Shown here piece by piece: positions 47,008 to 58,600 of a stretch of DNA of 64,000 bases; position 1 is the stretch's first letter, and the number at the start of each line of letters is the position of its first letter. The stretch covers positions 32,419 to 96,418 of the forward strand of contig JBNKBE010000017.1 in NCBI GenBank assembly GCA_050287085.1. Direction: 5' to 3'. This DNA comes from Polyangiaceae bacterium (GTDB lineage: Bacteria > Myxococcota_A > Polyangia > Polyangiales > Polyangiaceae). The notes beneath the pieces were generated by a model. That model saw only the letters and a program-made list of their open reading frames with translations. It was not told the DNA's origin and did no database searches. A program made the translations under genes and the position numbers.

Positions 47008-48005
47008 CGAGCCAAGATCTCAAGACAGTCGGGCAGTACCTCGAAGAAGGCGTCCACCATCGCCGGCTCAAAATGTAACCCCCGCTGCTCGCGAATTAAC
47101 TGCAGGGCGCGTTCCAAGGGCCATGCGGGCTTATAGGGTCGCGACGAAAGCAGCGCATCGAATACATCAGCCACCGCGACGACTCGGGCTGAGTAGGGAA
47201 TATCCGTACCGCTCAACCCACTGGGATAGCCTTCACCATTCCATCGCTCATGATGATTGAGAGCGACTTCGGCGGCGGCTGACAACAACTCCGAGTGATG
47301 ATTGCCGATGATCTCAGCGCCTTTGGTGGTGTGAGTCTTCATCAGCTCCCACTCCTCGCCGACCAGCCTCCCCGGTTTGAGCAGGACTCGATCGGGAATG
47401 CCAATCTTGCCCACATCATGCATTGGCGCAACCGTGCGGAGCAGCTCTGCACGATCTTCGCTGGCCCCATTGGCAAGGGCTATCTTCTCGGCGCATTGGG
47501 CCATGCGAATGACATGCAACCCCGTCTCGTTGTCGCGGTATTCGGCGGCTCGACCAAGACGTGCAATGATCTCTAGACGGGTCTCGGCAAGTTCTTTGGT
47601 CCGCTCGGCGACTTGCCGCGACAACTCGAGCTGCTGATGGTGCAAACGCAGTTGAGTGCGCACGCGAGAACGCACAAGCGCACCGACATACGGTTTCGTG
47701 ATGTAGTCGACCGCCCCCAAACTCAGCCCGCGTGCTTCATTGCTGACGTCCGATAGTGTTGTGATGAATATCACCGGAATTGGTCGTGTTCGTTCGTCGT
47801 TCTTCAGTCGCCGACAAACCTCATACCCGTCCATGTCGGGAAGCATCACATCGAGCAGAATGAGGTGAGGCTGATAAGCCTCAGCCAGCTCCAGCCCCAG
47901 TCTCCCATTGATGGCGGCGTAGACCTGATGCTCGGGCTGAAGCAAACCACGCAGCACGTCGATGCTTTCCGGAGCATCGTCAACAATCAAGACAGTCGGA
48001 TTCAT
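46956..48005 (-). CDS. REC-HD-GYP response regulator (c-di-GMP phosphodiesterase, RpfG-like)
   Basis: VLIVDD, LLDVMLP and YITKP receiver motifs; RDNETGLH, MHDVGKIGIPD, HHERWNGEGYP and VADVFDAL..RPYK. Confidence 0.95.
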   Translation of the reverse strand: MNPTVLIVDDAPESIDVLRGLLQPEHQVYAAINGRLGLELAEAYQPHLILLDVMLPDMDGYEVCRRLKNDERTRPIPVIFITTLSDVSNEARGLSLGAVDYITKPYVGALVRSRVRTQLRLHHQQLELSRQVAERTKELAETRLEIIARLGRAAEYRDNETGLHVIRMAQCAEKIALANGASEDRAELLRTVAPMHDVGKIGIPDRVLLKPGRLVGEEWELMKTHTTKGAEIIGNHHSELLSAAAEVALNHHERWNGEGYPSGLSGTDIPYSARVVAVADVFDALLSSRPYKPAWPLERALQLIREQRGLHFEPAMVDAFFEVLPDCLEILARYRDGGPEAGRGNHCAS

Positions 48006-48036
48006 GCCCCCCCCTTTGCTCACCTCGGATGCCAAC

Positions 48037-49410
48037 TCACTGCCCACGGGCAAGCTGGCGTAGGAAATGCGCACTTCGCTTCGGCGTCCGCTTCTGACTC
48101 TCGAAGTCCACGTGCACAATGCCGTAGCGCAACGTATATCCCTCCGACCATTCGAAGTTGTCCATCAAGGACCATGCGAAGTAGCTGTCAACCGGAATGC
48201 CCTCAGCCCGCGCCAACGCCAACTGCCGCAAGTGCTGCTCAAAGAACTCAACTCGACCATCGTCGGCCACTTCTCCGTCGGACCCCAGAGAGTCCTCCCC
48301 CGGAAACGCCGCCCCGTTTTCGGTGATCACCAGGCGTGACACCGGATAGTCGCGGTGAACGCGCTGCAGGGTCTCGCGAATTCCTTCCGGATAGATCTCG
48401 CGATCCGCGGTTCGCGGACGCTCGGGCTCTCGTACGTTGGATAGATGCAGCAGACCCTCCTTGGGACTATCCCGCACTAGCCCGCGCTCGTAATAGTTGA
48501 TGCCAAGCACGTCGATCGGCTGAGCGATGAGCTCCAGGTCACCAGGCAATAGCGCCGGCACAGCAGGTCCGTAGAACTGGACCATGTCTTCTGGATAGCC
48601 GCGCCCCACGAGAGGGTCGAGAAACCATCGATTGAAGTTGCCATCCAAGCGAGCGGCCGCTGCTACATCCTCTTCGCTCTGAGACGCGGCGTGGACGGGC
48701 AAATAATTTGGGGCGATGCCAATAGGAGAACCTGTACACGCACGAAGCGCTTGGACCGCCAGGCCATGGGAAACAAGGAGGTGATGTGCGCACAGCAGCG
48801 CCTCGGACAGGCTCTTATGCCCCGGAGCAAATAGTCCCTGCTCATAGCCGAGGAACGCCTGACACCATGGCTCGTTGTGAGTTAACCAAAGCGCAACGCG
48901 GTCGCCCAAGCGGGTCGCGACAGCTTGAGCGTACTCAGCAAACGCCTGGGTGGTATCACGAGACAACCAGCCGCCCTCGGGCTCGAGCGCCTGCGGAAGG
49001 TCCCAATGATAGAGCGTTGCGCAGGGCTCGATGCCGCGCGCAAGCAGCCCATCCACCAATCGCTCGTAGAAGTCCAGCCCAGCCTGATTGACAGCACCTC
49101 GCCCTTCCGGAATCACCCGCGGCCAAGCGATGCTGAAGCGATAAGTATCCACGCCAAGCCACGCCAGAAGGTCGAGATCTTCCTCAAGACGTTGATAGTG
49201 ATCGCAGGCCACGTCGCCGGTATGACCCAGCTTCGTCTTTCCGGGGGTATGACTGAAGGTGTCCCAAATACTATCAAGACGACCATCGAGGTGGCGAGCC
49301 CCCTCGATCTGATAAGCGGACGTCGCAACCCCCATGCGGAAGCCCGGTCCGAGTTCGGCGCGAAGACTGCGGGCGGTTGAGACTGCGGAAGTCGATAGCG
49401 GCTCGCTCAT
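48037..49410 (-). CDS. GH1 beta-glucosidase
   Basis: ATSAYQIEG, YRFSIAWPR, TLYHWDLP, NEP acid/base, ITENG nucleophile and WSLMDNFEW. Confidence 0.96.
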   Translation of the reverse strand: MSEPLSTSAVSTARSLRAELGPGFRMGVATSAYQIEGARHLDGRLDSIWDTFSHTPGKTKLGHTGDVACDHYQRLEEDLDLLAWLGVDTYRFSIAWPRVIPEGRGAVNQAGLDFYERLVDGLLARGIEPCATLYHWDLPQALEPEGGWLSRDTTQAFAEYAQAVATRLGDRVALWLTHNEPWCQAFLGYEQGLFAPGHKSLSEALLCAHHLLVSHGLAVQALRACTGSPIGIAPNYLPVHAASQSEEDVAAAARLDGNFNRWFLDPLVGRGYPEDMVQFYGPAVPALLPGDLELIAQPIDVLGINYYERGLVRDSPKEGLLHLSNVREPERPRTADREIYPEGIRETLQRVHRDYPVSRLVITENGAAFPGEDSLGSDGEVADDGRVEFFEQHLRQLALARAEGIPVDSYFAWSLMDNFEWSEGYTLRYGIVHVDFESQKRTPKRSAHFLRQLARGQ

Positions 49411-49468
49411 GGTTTGCGGAAAGAATGTGACACACCACGGAGAAAGCACAAACCGCTATCATGAGGCA

Positions 49469-50596
49469 GTGGACGCAGAAAACACCGTCGTGGACGTCGT
49501 GGTCATCGGAGCCGGAGTAGTCGGACTCGCCTGCGCTCTGGCCCTCCGGGACCATTTTTCGACGGTGGCCGTTGTTGAACGCAACGCCGCTGTAGGGCGC
49601 GAACTCACCAGCCGAAACAGCGGGGTGATTCACGCCGGCCTGTACAACTCCAAACACACGCTGAAGACGACGCTTTGCATCCGCGGTCGCCATCTCCTTT
49701 ATGAACTGGCGCCCAAGCTAGGCGTGTCTCTGAAACGCTGCGGGAAGCTGGTGGTCGCGGTCGATGCCACGGAAGAACTAGCCTTGCACGCGCTCTGGGA
49801 GCAGGCTCGTCAGAACTGCGTCGAAGGGATTTCTCGACTCGACAACAGGGCGCTTCAGCGCGCTGAGCCACTCGTCCGCGGCCGTTCAGCACTATACAGC
49901 GCGGAAAGCGGTATCATTGATTCGGTCGGCTTGGCCGAAGCGCTGGCCCGTCTGGCCGAAGCGCGTGGCGTTGCGATAGCTCCCATGAATCGGCTGGTCG
50001 CGTTGGAGCGGAGCCAGCGTAACTGGCGATGCGTCGTCGAAGTGGAAGGAACCCGGTGCACCCTAGGCGCCCCACTGATAGTTAACGCGGCGGGACTCGA
50101 TGCCCCTGGTGTGGCTCGCCTCGCAGGCCTCGATCTCGCCGCTGCAGGGCTCGAATATCAGCTGTGGAAAGGGAGCTACTTTGCACTAGGAGGGCGATTT
50201 CGAAGGGCCTTCACTCACCTGGTCTACCCGATCCCGCCTCAGCATGGCCTGGGCGTACATCTCACCCTCGATCTCGACGGCGCGGTCCGCCTCGGCCCAA
50301 ACGCAGAGCGGGTGAGCAGGCTCGACTATCAGGTCGATCCATCCCAAGCCCCCGAATTCGCCCGACTCGCTCAGCGCTATCTACCCACGCTCCGGGAAAG
50401 CGATCTCGTCCCCGCCTACGCCGGTATTCGTCCTCGCCTGGCGCCGCTAGATACTGGCCCGCGTGACTTCCATATCGCCCACGCCGCCCCGCTGGGTGCC
50501 CCAGGCTTGTTCAACGTGCTCGGTATCGAATCACCCGGGCTGACAGCGTGTCTCGCCATAGGCGAACACCTAGCACGGCTGGTAGCTGAGGCCTGA
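49469..50596 (+). CDS. FAD-dependent oxidoreductase, L-2-hydroxyglutarate oxidase (LhgO)-like
   Basis: VIGAGVVG, TSRNSGVIHAG, NAAGL, KGSYF, LGVHLT, YAGIRP and GIESPGLTA motifs. Confidence 0.88.
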   Translation: MDAENTVVDVVVIGAGVVGLACALALRDHFSTVAVVERNAAVGRELTSRNSGVIHAGLYNSKHTLKTTLCIRGRHLLYELAPKLGVSLKRCGKLVVAVDATEELALHALWEQARQNCVEGISRLDNRALQRAEPLVRGRSALYSAESGIIDSVGLAEALARLAEARGVAIAPMNRLVALERSQRNWRCVVEVEGTRCTLGAPLIVNAAGLDAPGVARLAGLDLAAAGLEYQLWKGSYFALGGRFRRAFTHLVYPIPPQHGLGVHLTLDLDGAVRLGPNAERVSRLDYQVDPSQAPEFARLAQRYLPTLRESDLVPAYAGIRPRLAPLDTGPRDFHIAHAAPLGAPGLFNVLGIESPGLTACLAIGEHLARLVAEA

Positions 50597-50634
50597 TCAA
50601 CAACGACGCCGCCCAGCGAGAACGGAGCTCCGCA

Positions 50635-52197
50635 CTACTTGAATGGGCGGGATATGACGCAAGCATTGATGCCCCCAACGCCCATCGAAAGCTTGCCGAC
50701 CGGGCCCTCCTCAATCGGCATGGCCGTATCGAATACGAAACGCCCGCCGAGCTTCTGAATCATTGCGTTCAGCTCATGCTCCGGCAGTGGCGTGGGAAAC
50801 AGCGACCCGCCGCTGACCCCCAAGTATTGCGCCGTTAACTCCCAGCCGCCACCGACCCCCATTCCGTGCCCAAAAGTACCCTTTCGGGCGGTTATCAGCA
50901 CCCGATCCGGCAGAATGGCAGTGAGGTTTTCAACTTCCTGATAGTCGCCAGGAGTTGCCGTCGCGTGGAGGTCCCAAGAGCCAATCGCGCTGGCTTCGAC
51001 GCCCGCTGCGCCAAGCGCCGCGGCGATGGCCTGACTCGGTCCTTCTTTCGAAGGCGTGATGATATGATCCGCATCTGCTGAAAGACCCACGCTCAATGGC
51101 TCGAGTCCAAGCGGCTTGTAGCCTCGAGAAAGGCCATACTCCAGGTCCCCAAGCACCCATACGCATGCCCCTCCCGCCACATGGGTGCCCTTGAGCCCAC
51201 TCAGCGGCTTCGACACGGCGCCATCAGCGGCCAACACACGGGCACTGTAGAAAGCCCCCACCGTCAACGGATGCGGCGGTGGATCTGCAGCGCCAACGAC
51301 AACTAGCTTGGCGTCGCCACGGTGAATCGCATCCATGGCGAATTTCAGCGATACCCCAAAGGTGGAACAGGCCGCAACGGGGGCGATACACGGACCGGTG
51401 ATGCGTCCCAGCATCGAAACCTGAGACGCGGGCGTGTTGGCAATGTTCCACAGAAGGTTCGCCGAGATGGCATTCCAAGGCGGCTCGGGCGCCTCCCACC
51501 GCTCACGCAAGGCTGCCTGCCGCCGCCGCTTCTCGCGAATGACGTGGAGCTTTGCACTCTCCACTTCGCCCTCAACGCGCACGCTTTCTATTTCTCGCAG
51601 TTCCGCCAGGTACTCCTGAAGTGCGTCCGAGCGCTCCATCCAATAGGCAAACCACGCATCCTCCGCCAGCTCTCGGTCGTCGGGATCGACGACGTTGACC
51701 GGATCGATCAGACCGTCAGGCGTGGGAGCGTCCCCCGCCAACACCTCAGCCAACGCAACGTTCCGCTCCGGGCTCGACCAGAAGCGATTCCAACGTCGCT
51801 GGGCGCGATGATATGCGATCGAAGTATTGTGGATCGTGGGGATCGCACCCAACGCTGTTGAAAGGTAGATGTGAGCCTGGGACCCAAGAGCGGTCAGCTC
51901 TTCCTCGATACCCGGGTTTTGGCCCAACGCTTGGATGAAAGCTCCAATCGCGTAGAGCGTGGTGGAGTCCATCTTATCGCGGAGCTGTTTGAAGCGATTG
52001 GGCGGAAAGCGCGCATCGATCCACGACTGGTAGCGACCGAACTCAAAGTCCGGAATACCCACCATGAAGTTGTCCGGACCGAAGCCATTGAACGGCTGCA
52101 GCCAACTTGAAGCCTCGGCCAGTCGGGCGGCGAATGCGTCAATGTCCGGAGCCTGTGGAGCAACTAGTCCCCACCCGAAAACAGCGATGCGACTCAT
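50635..52197 (-). CDS. Stand-alone beta-ketoacyl synthase (FabF-like) with a ~100-aa helical insertion
   Basis: Catalytic AACST, DLHATATP and FGHG; C-terminal SMGVGGINAC. Confidence 0.85.
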   Translation of the reverse strand: MSRIAVFGWGLVAPQAPDIDAFAARLAEASSWLQPFNGFGPDNFMVGIPDFEFGRYQSWIDARFPPNRFKQLRDKMDSTTLYAIGAFIQALGQNPGIEEELTALGSQAHIYLSTALGAIPTIHNTSIAYHRAQRRWNRFWSSPERNVALAEVLAGDAPTPDGLIDPVNVVDPDDRELAEDAWFAYWMERSDALQEYLAELREIESVRVEGEVESAKLHVIREKRRRQAALRERWEAPEPPWNAISANLLWNIANTPASQVSMLGRITGPCIAPVAACSTFGVSLKFAMDAIHRGDAKLVVVGAADPPPHPLTVGAFYSARVLAADGAVSKPLSGLKGTHVAGGACVWVLGDLEYGLSRGYKPLGLEPLSVGLSADADHIITPSKEGPSQAIAAALGAAGVEASAIGSWDLHATATPGDYQEVENLTAILPDRVLITARKGTFGHGMGVGGGWELTAQYLGVSGGSLFPTPLPEHELNAMIQKLGGRFVFDTAMPIEEGPVGKLSMGVGGINACVISRPFK

Positions 52198-52256
52198 TTG
52201 AAGCCCAGACCATCGTCCTCGACGCGGCAAGAGTCAAGCGCCACGCGGCAGCGCCA

Positions 52257-52362
52257 AGCTTTGAGCGGAGGTGCAGGGCGCGAGCGTGAGCGCTCCCCGC
52301 GCTTTGGGGTTCGGCCGGTGGGAGGGGGTTCGGTCTTGGGGAGCCGGTTGCAGCACCGCCTT
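52257..52362 (-). repeat. Dispersed intergenic repeat family A, copy 2
   Basis: Reverse-complement match to 36683-36787. Confidence 0.85.
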
Positions 52363-52691
52363 GCTGATGATTGCGTGCGGGCCGCGAGGGCAACGGTTTC
52401 GTCAGAACCGGGATTGGGGACATGAGCACCGCACGCAGGCCGCACGGGTTGTCTCGAATCCACGGGCGAGCGTCTTCCTCGAAGGCTACGTCGAGGCTCT
52501 GAAGCACGGCCTGGCGGGAGTGCTTACAAAGGGGCGCCGCGACGCTCCGTGCTACGCACGAGTGAAGCGTGTGGACTGGCGCTGCGCGTACCCGTCGTCG
52601 CAACCGGGCAAGGCGATGCCCTCAAGAGATAGAACACCCAATGGGAGGCCTTTGGGGCGGCGGCCTGGAGCCGCGTCCGGGAGAGGGCCGC

Positions 52692-55600
52692 CTAGCCAAG
52701 CGCAATGCCAAGCCGGCGCCGAAGCGCAAAATACGGCTCGCTCATGGCGTAGCGACAAAGCTCTGCGAGTCGCTCGTCCGCGCTCGCTACGGCAAAGGGC
52801 TCGCGCGCCTCACGAATAGCACAGACCACGACGTCCAGATCGTCACAGACCAATAGGGCGAGTCGATCCGACGTATAGTCAACACCCTTGCCCCAGGCCT
52901 TGAGGTCGACCTGGGCGTGCTCTTTCGTGAGCTGCGCGGACAACCAAGAGAGGCGCTCTACCTGCTCAGCACTCAGCTGCTCTTCCAACCACTCAGCGGC
53001 GGTAAGGATGTCCTCCCTCAGCTCCGAGGGCACTTCGCAATGGGGATGCACCTGCAGCAGCCCAGCGAGGAACCACACCTTGAGTTCGCCCGTGCCCCCT
53101 AACAACCCGTGCAACAACACCCCCGGCAGAACCCTCATGAGGCCCCTTGCCGCCACCACGGCCGCCTCACGCAAGTCGCTCCGCGAATCCATCCCGGTAC
53201 GGCCGACGACAAGTACGTTTGGATTGTCCGGCAACAACGACAAGGGCTCGTCGTTCCAGGGCTCCGCCACGACCGAGGGTATGGGCTGAGCCAGGACATC
53301 CGCGATATAAGCCAGCGAGCTAAGAACCGGGCTCGCGTGACCAATGGGATTGATTGGCTCGAATTGTGGGTAGCGCTCGGGATAACCCAGTGCACTTGCC
53401 ATGGCAATTGACGGGGCGAGTATCGCGAGAAACGAGGTAAGCTGAGAATCTGCTGCGGGGTGCAAAATGACACTCACCCATTCCTCCGGCAGCAACCCCT
53501 CTGTAAAGACCGCACCCTGTCGACTCTTGAAGCGCTCAAAGAACGCAAGCTCCTCGCCCGAAGCCAGCTCCAGGGCACACAACACACGCACCACACACCA
53601 CGTCGCGTCGGAATTGCGTGCGTACGCGTAGAGCTGGCGCAAAGCCGCGATCGCCTCGGCGCGCAGGGGTTCCTTGTCGAGCGCGCGCTGATTGAGAGCA
53701 ATCGCCTTGTCGAGATATTGCTCCGGATGGGCGGTGTAAGCCCGCGTGAGGTAGTCGACAAGCGCCTCGTTGTCGGGCTCGAGTTCCAGAGCCCCCTCGT
53801 GCACGGCGATGGCCTGCCGAACGCTTCCCATCTTATTCAGATAGACATCCGCAAGCTCACCCAATGCGGCCATCATCCGCCCCTTGTCGTGGTGCTTGCT
53901 CGCAATTCGAATCTCGCGCTTCAGCAGCTCTGCCAGCCGACGGCCATCGCCACTAACGCGGCTGAGCTTGAGCGCCGACTGGACCAAATCCTCGGCGTCG
54001 GGATCCAGCGCCAGCGCTTCGTCGAGCAGACGAGTACCGCGCGCAACGTCTCCGAGCTTGCGTTCCGCCACCAGTGCGGCGGTGCGGTAGTAGCGAGCCT
54101 TTGCCACTGGGTCATCGAGCAGCTGGACCAGCTTGAGGATGACAGCCACAACCGACTTCCAACGTTCTAGATCACAATAGACGTGCAGCAATTTGAGCAA
54201 GACACGTCGATCTTGCGGCCAGCCGCGATGTGCCGTTAGGTAATTCTGAGCTGCGTACTCTGGCTCGTCCAATCGCTCCAGCGCCAGATCACCAAGTTCA
54301 ACTAGTAGCTCGTAGCGGCGTTCCCCTTCCGCAAACTCCAGCTCTGAATAGAGCGTCTCAGCCATATCCTTCCAGAGCCCCTGTTGCTCGAAACAGTGGC
54401 TGAGCACCTGCAAAGCGTTCGGCTGGGCCGCGTCCAGGGCCAAAGACTCCTGCAGCGCGGCTATTGCTTCTGCGAATGAACGCACTTGCGCAGCTGACGT
54501 GCCGAGCCTGAAAAGCGTCTCGGCCCGCTCGCTGACGGGCGCGTCGTCCCCTTGCAGTCGCAACAGTCTCCGCTGCAAGATGAGCGAACGCTCGGGTTCC
54601 GCGGCTTCGAATGCGATTTCCGCCGCACAAGCGAGCACGCTCAATTCGCCGGGTCGCTCCTGCTGCAGCTTAGAGATCGCCTCGAGTGCCAGCTCAGCCC
54701 GCCCACTCTGTTGCAGAGCGCGGGCGTACATCGTGCCAACTCGTGCACCGTCAGCACCCAGCCGATCAAGGCGAGGAGCCAAGTGCTGCAAATGCTGGGC
54801 GGCAGCGCCGTATCGCTCCGCCCTATAGGCGATCACGCCACGCACCAGGTTCGCATCCAGATTGCTCGCGTCCAGGCCTTGTGCGCGGATCGCCATTTGC
54901 TCCGCCTCCGCGTCGTCCCGCAAGCGCTCGTGGTAGAGGCGTGCCAACTCACCGTAGAGACGCGCCTGCGCTTGAGCGCCCCGCACGCGTCGCAAGTCGC
55001 TCTTCAGCAGCTCCGCAAGTGCTGCGTAGTCGCCCGCCTGCTCGTACGCTTCGCGCAACGTTTCGACGAATGCGCGGGCCGCCGGATTCTCTTCGACGGC
55101 CGCCTTGTACCTTTCGAGCGCCTCATCTGTATGCCCTGCGCGATCGAGCAAGCGCCCCACCGCGTAGTAATGCGCCCCCTTTTCGTCGTCATCCACGTGA
55201 TCGCCCACTTCGTCGATCAGCGCGAGTGCTCCCTCCAGGTCTCCCGCACCCATTCGCAGCTCAGCGAGGCGAAGCAATAGCTCCGGGTCGTCGGGATGGA
55301 CAGCGCATAGTCCCTCCAGCACAAGAACGGCCGCGTTCCAGTCTCCCAATCGTTCGACCAACAGCTCGGCCAAGGCAAGCCCCGTAGCGCGATGGGCCTC
55401 TCCGTCACGAAGCGCGAGCAGACCGCGACAAGCACTGACTACGTTCGTCCAGTCTTCGTCGGCCGCATACAGCCGAACCAACGCCTCCAGCGCTTCGCCG
55501 GCGGACGGTGCCAGGGTCAAAGCTTTCTCGTACGCGTTGATGGCAGCGTGTCGATCGAGATATTCCCCCTCGTAGAGACATGCGATCCGTACCCACAACG

Positions 55601-58600
55601 CCGCCTTTTGCCGTGGCGTTGCCACCAGGTCCAGTTGATGAATGAGTACGTCGAGCAGCTCCTGAAAGCGGCCGCCGCCCGCCAGTAGCTGAGCCAGAGC
55701 ATCGAGTGGCTCCCGATGCCCTGGGCTAGCCTCGAGCGCCCGGCGATACAACGCCGCGGCCGTACTCACCTCACCTACGCGCTCAGTCCAGATTCGAGCC
55801 GCCGCACACAATAGCTGGCAGCGACTCTCTCCCCGTTTGACCTCGGCTCGCGCAACTTGCAAGGCAGCCGCTTCACTCCAATCTTGGCGTTCCAACAGGT
55901 ACCCAAGAAGGCCCTCGGCTGCTGCGTTGTGCCCCGGATCGATATCAAAAACCCGTCGATACAGGGACACAGCGGTGTCCCACGCGCCAAGTCGCTCGCC
56001 GTAGACAGTGGCTGCCTCTGCCAGCATATCACGTGCCTCAACTGGGGGCGTATAGGGCCGCGATGCGAGTTCAACCAGCAACGCCCCCAGTTCGTCAAAG
56101 CGCTGTTGCCTTCTGAGAAGAGCCGACAGCGACTCGAACGCGCGGGAAAACGCAACGGAGGCGCGGAGTACGAGTTGTCCCGCCGTGCTCGTATTATCAC
56201 CGGCGGCATCAGCGGTGAGGCGATCGCCCTCCGCCAGCGGGTCCATCGACGCCGGTGCTTTGCCTTTGACGTCTACGGCCTCGAGCACCATCCGCCAGCT
56301 CTGTTCCGCAGCCGCGAGATCTCCGCTCAGGTCGTACCAACGGGCGAGCGCGTTGAGCACCGTGAGTCGTCCCGCCGTCATCGGCGTGCCGGGCGTGGGC
56401 GCCACGTAGGCCAAGCAAGCTTCAATCACACGCGCCCAGCCCCCCGAATGGGCCCCCGCAAGCCGTTCGATCGCGACTGCCAGAGAACGCTCCTCCGGGT
56501 CGAGACAAAAAGCCTCCACGTACATATCGAGAGCGGCAAGAAAATCGCCCAATCCAGATTCCAACGCTACCGCGGTGCGCGTGAGCAGACGCGCGCGCTC
56601 CCCCGGCTTGACGATCTTGGAGGCGTGAGCGCGCGTCAGCTCCACCAGCGACTCAAACTCCTTGAGCTCTTCATAGAGCGCGGCCAAGGGAGATAGAATT
56701 GCCAAGTCGCCGGGGTGAATCTCCAGAGCGGCCAGATACGCCGACTTCGCCCCGCCTGGATGGGCGCCAGGGCTGAGATAGACATGGGCCGCCTCTTCCA
56801 GTAGGCGAACCCTGACGTCCGGCTCGGAGGTGTCGCCTAAGTCATGAGCCAGCCGCCACAAAGCGTCCCCGACACCACGCGCCTCCGCACCGCTGCGAAC
56901 ACACTGCAACACCTCGAGCAAACGACGACGGTCAGCGGGGATCTCCCGAAGTGATGCCAGGCGCTCGTCCAACAGGGCTGCAGCGGCCCGCGGCGGCGGC
57001 GGAAGCGAAACGCCACCGCTGCTCTGCAGCTCGGCCAAGAACTCGCCCGCGCTACCAGGCCTGCGGTGGGGGTCTTTGTCGAGCGCACGCAGAACCAAGC
57101 GCTCGACGTTCGACGGAAGTGCTCGTGCTCCATCCAGTGCGTCAAGCCCTGGCGGCGTCTCGGACAGATGAGCCATGAGCAGTTCCTGGGGACTGCCCGC
57201 CGAGAAGAGGGGTTGTCCCGTCAGAAGCTCGTAGATTAGTGCGGCCAGAGCGTAGACGTCACTGGCCGGAGTAGGTTCCGCCCCTTTGATCAGTTCTGGC
57301 GCCAGCGCCAGCGTGGGTGCATGGGCCAGGGTGCCGTCCCAAAGCCAATTGCGCCCGAGCCCGAGCAATTGCACATCGTGCTCGCCCTTTGAGTCGAGAA
57401 CGAGAATATTCCTGGCGGCAAGTTGGCCATGAATCACACCCGCTTCGTGCAATTTCACGACCGGTTCGAGCACCTTTCGGAGCAGCTTGCGCGCCGCGCC
57501 AAAAGCCATGCCGCCGCTCACGCTCAGGCGTTCGCTAAGCAACTGGCCCGACTTGTAGTCGGCTACGACGGCATAGAGCCCGTCCAACGACTCCAACCTG
57601 ACGTTGGACTCCAGCGCCGGATGAGACACCCCCGCCGCTCTGCGCAACGCGTGGCGTAAGCGCTGAAGTCGAGCGCTGTCCACACTCGCGTAATAACCGA
57701 GAACCTGGAGGCGATAGTCTGCTCCATCGCGCCGCGCCCAGAAGTTGGCGCTCGAGACGTCGCGGTCGAGCTCCCTGAGCAACAGATACCCCCCCAGTTC
57801 ATCCCCCCGCTCGAGGGCGGGAGCACCCGCGACACCGGCGCTTACGTGCAGCTGCAATAGGGGATGTAGGTCGGCGTGGTGACAGCGAACAGCATCCAGC
57901 AGAGCCAACACCGAGTCCTCCTCGATAGCCGTCTCCACCAGACGCCGCGCCAACGCCGGCCGCGCTTGCGGAAAGCCAGGTTCCAAGACAATCTGCCCTG
58001 TTCCCCCTCCGCCCTGCTGCGCAACGAGCTCCAGCAGCTCCTCCACCGCGAAGCGGCGCTCAAGCTCATTGGTCAGCTGCCGTAGCAACCCTGGATCGTA
58101 ATAGCGACGACGTATGGGGAAGCCGGCGCTGCCCGCCTGCTCCCCCGGCGGCACTGACGCTGGCCCCCGCTGAGCGCGATGTCGCGGCTGCGGCGCATCC
58201 TGCGCGACCGTTGAGGCCGCCGCGGATACGGAAACCCGACGCAACAACAACTCCGTCGGCGGCGGCAATGGCGCCGGCGGCAAAACGGGATGTGGACTCC
58301 GTGGGGGCTCGCCCCCGGGCAAGCGCGAAGACCGCGCGCTCCCACCGCTCGATCGCACCGGAGGCGGAGGACTCAAACGCGGCAGCTCGAGTGACGAACG
58401 CGGGACCCCGATCTTGAGGTCTGGAGGGGGCCTGGACACGACGGCCGCGTACGGCGAGTCCGGCGGCAGAGCCAGAGGCGGGGGCGGCCGGACGTGGCTG
58501 CGCACGGGGACCGACGATGCTTGGCCGCTGGACGGCACCCACGGCTCCGACGCAGACGCCTCGCGCTCACCTCCGGCACCACGGGCCGAGGACGGAACGA

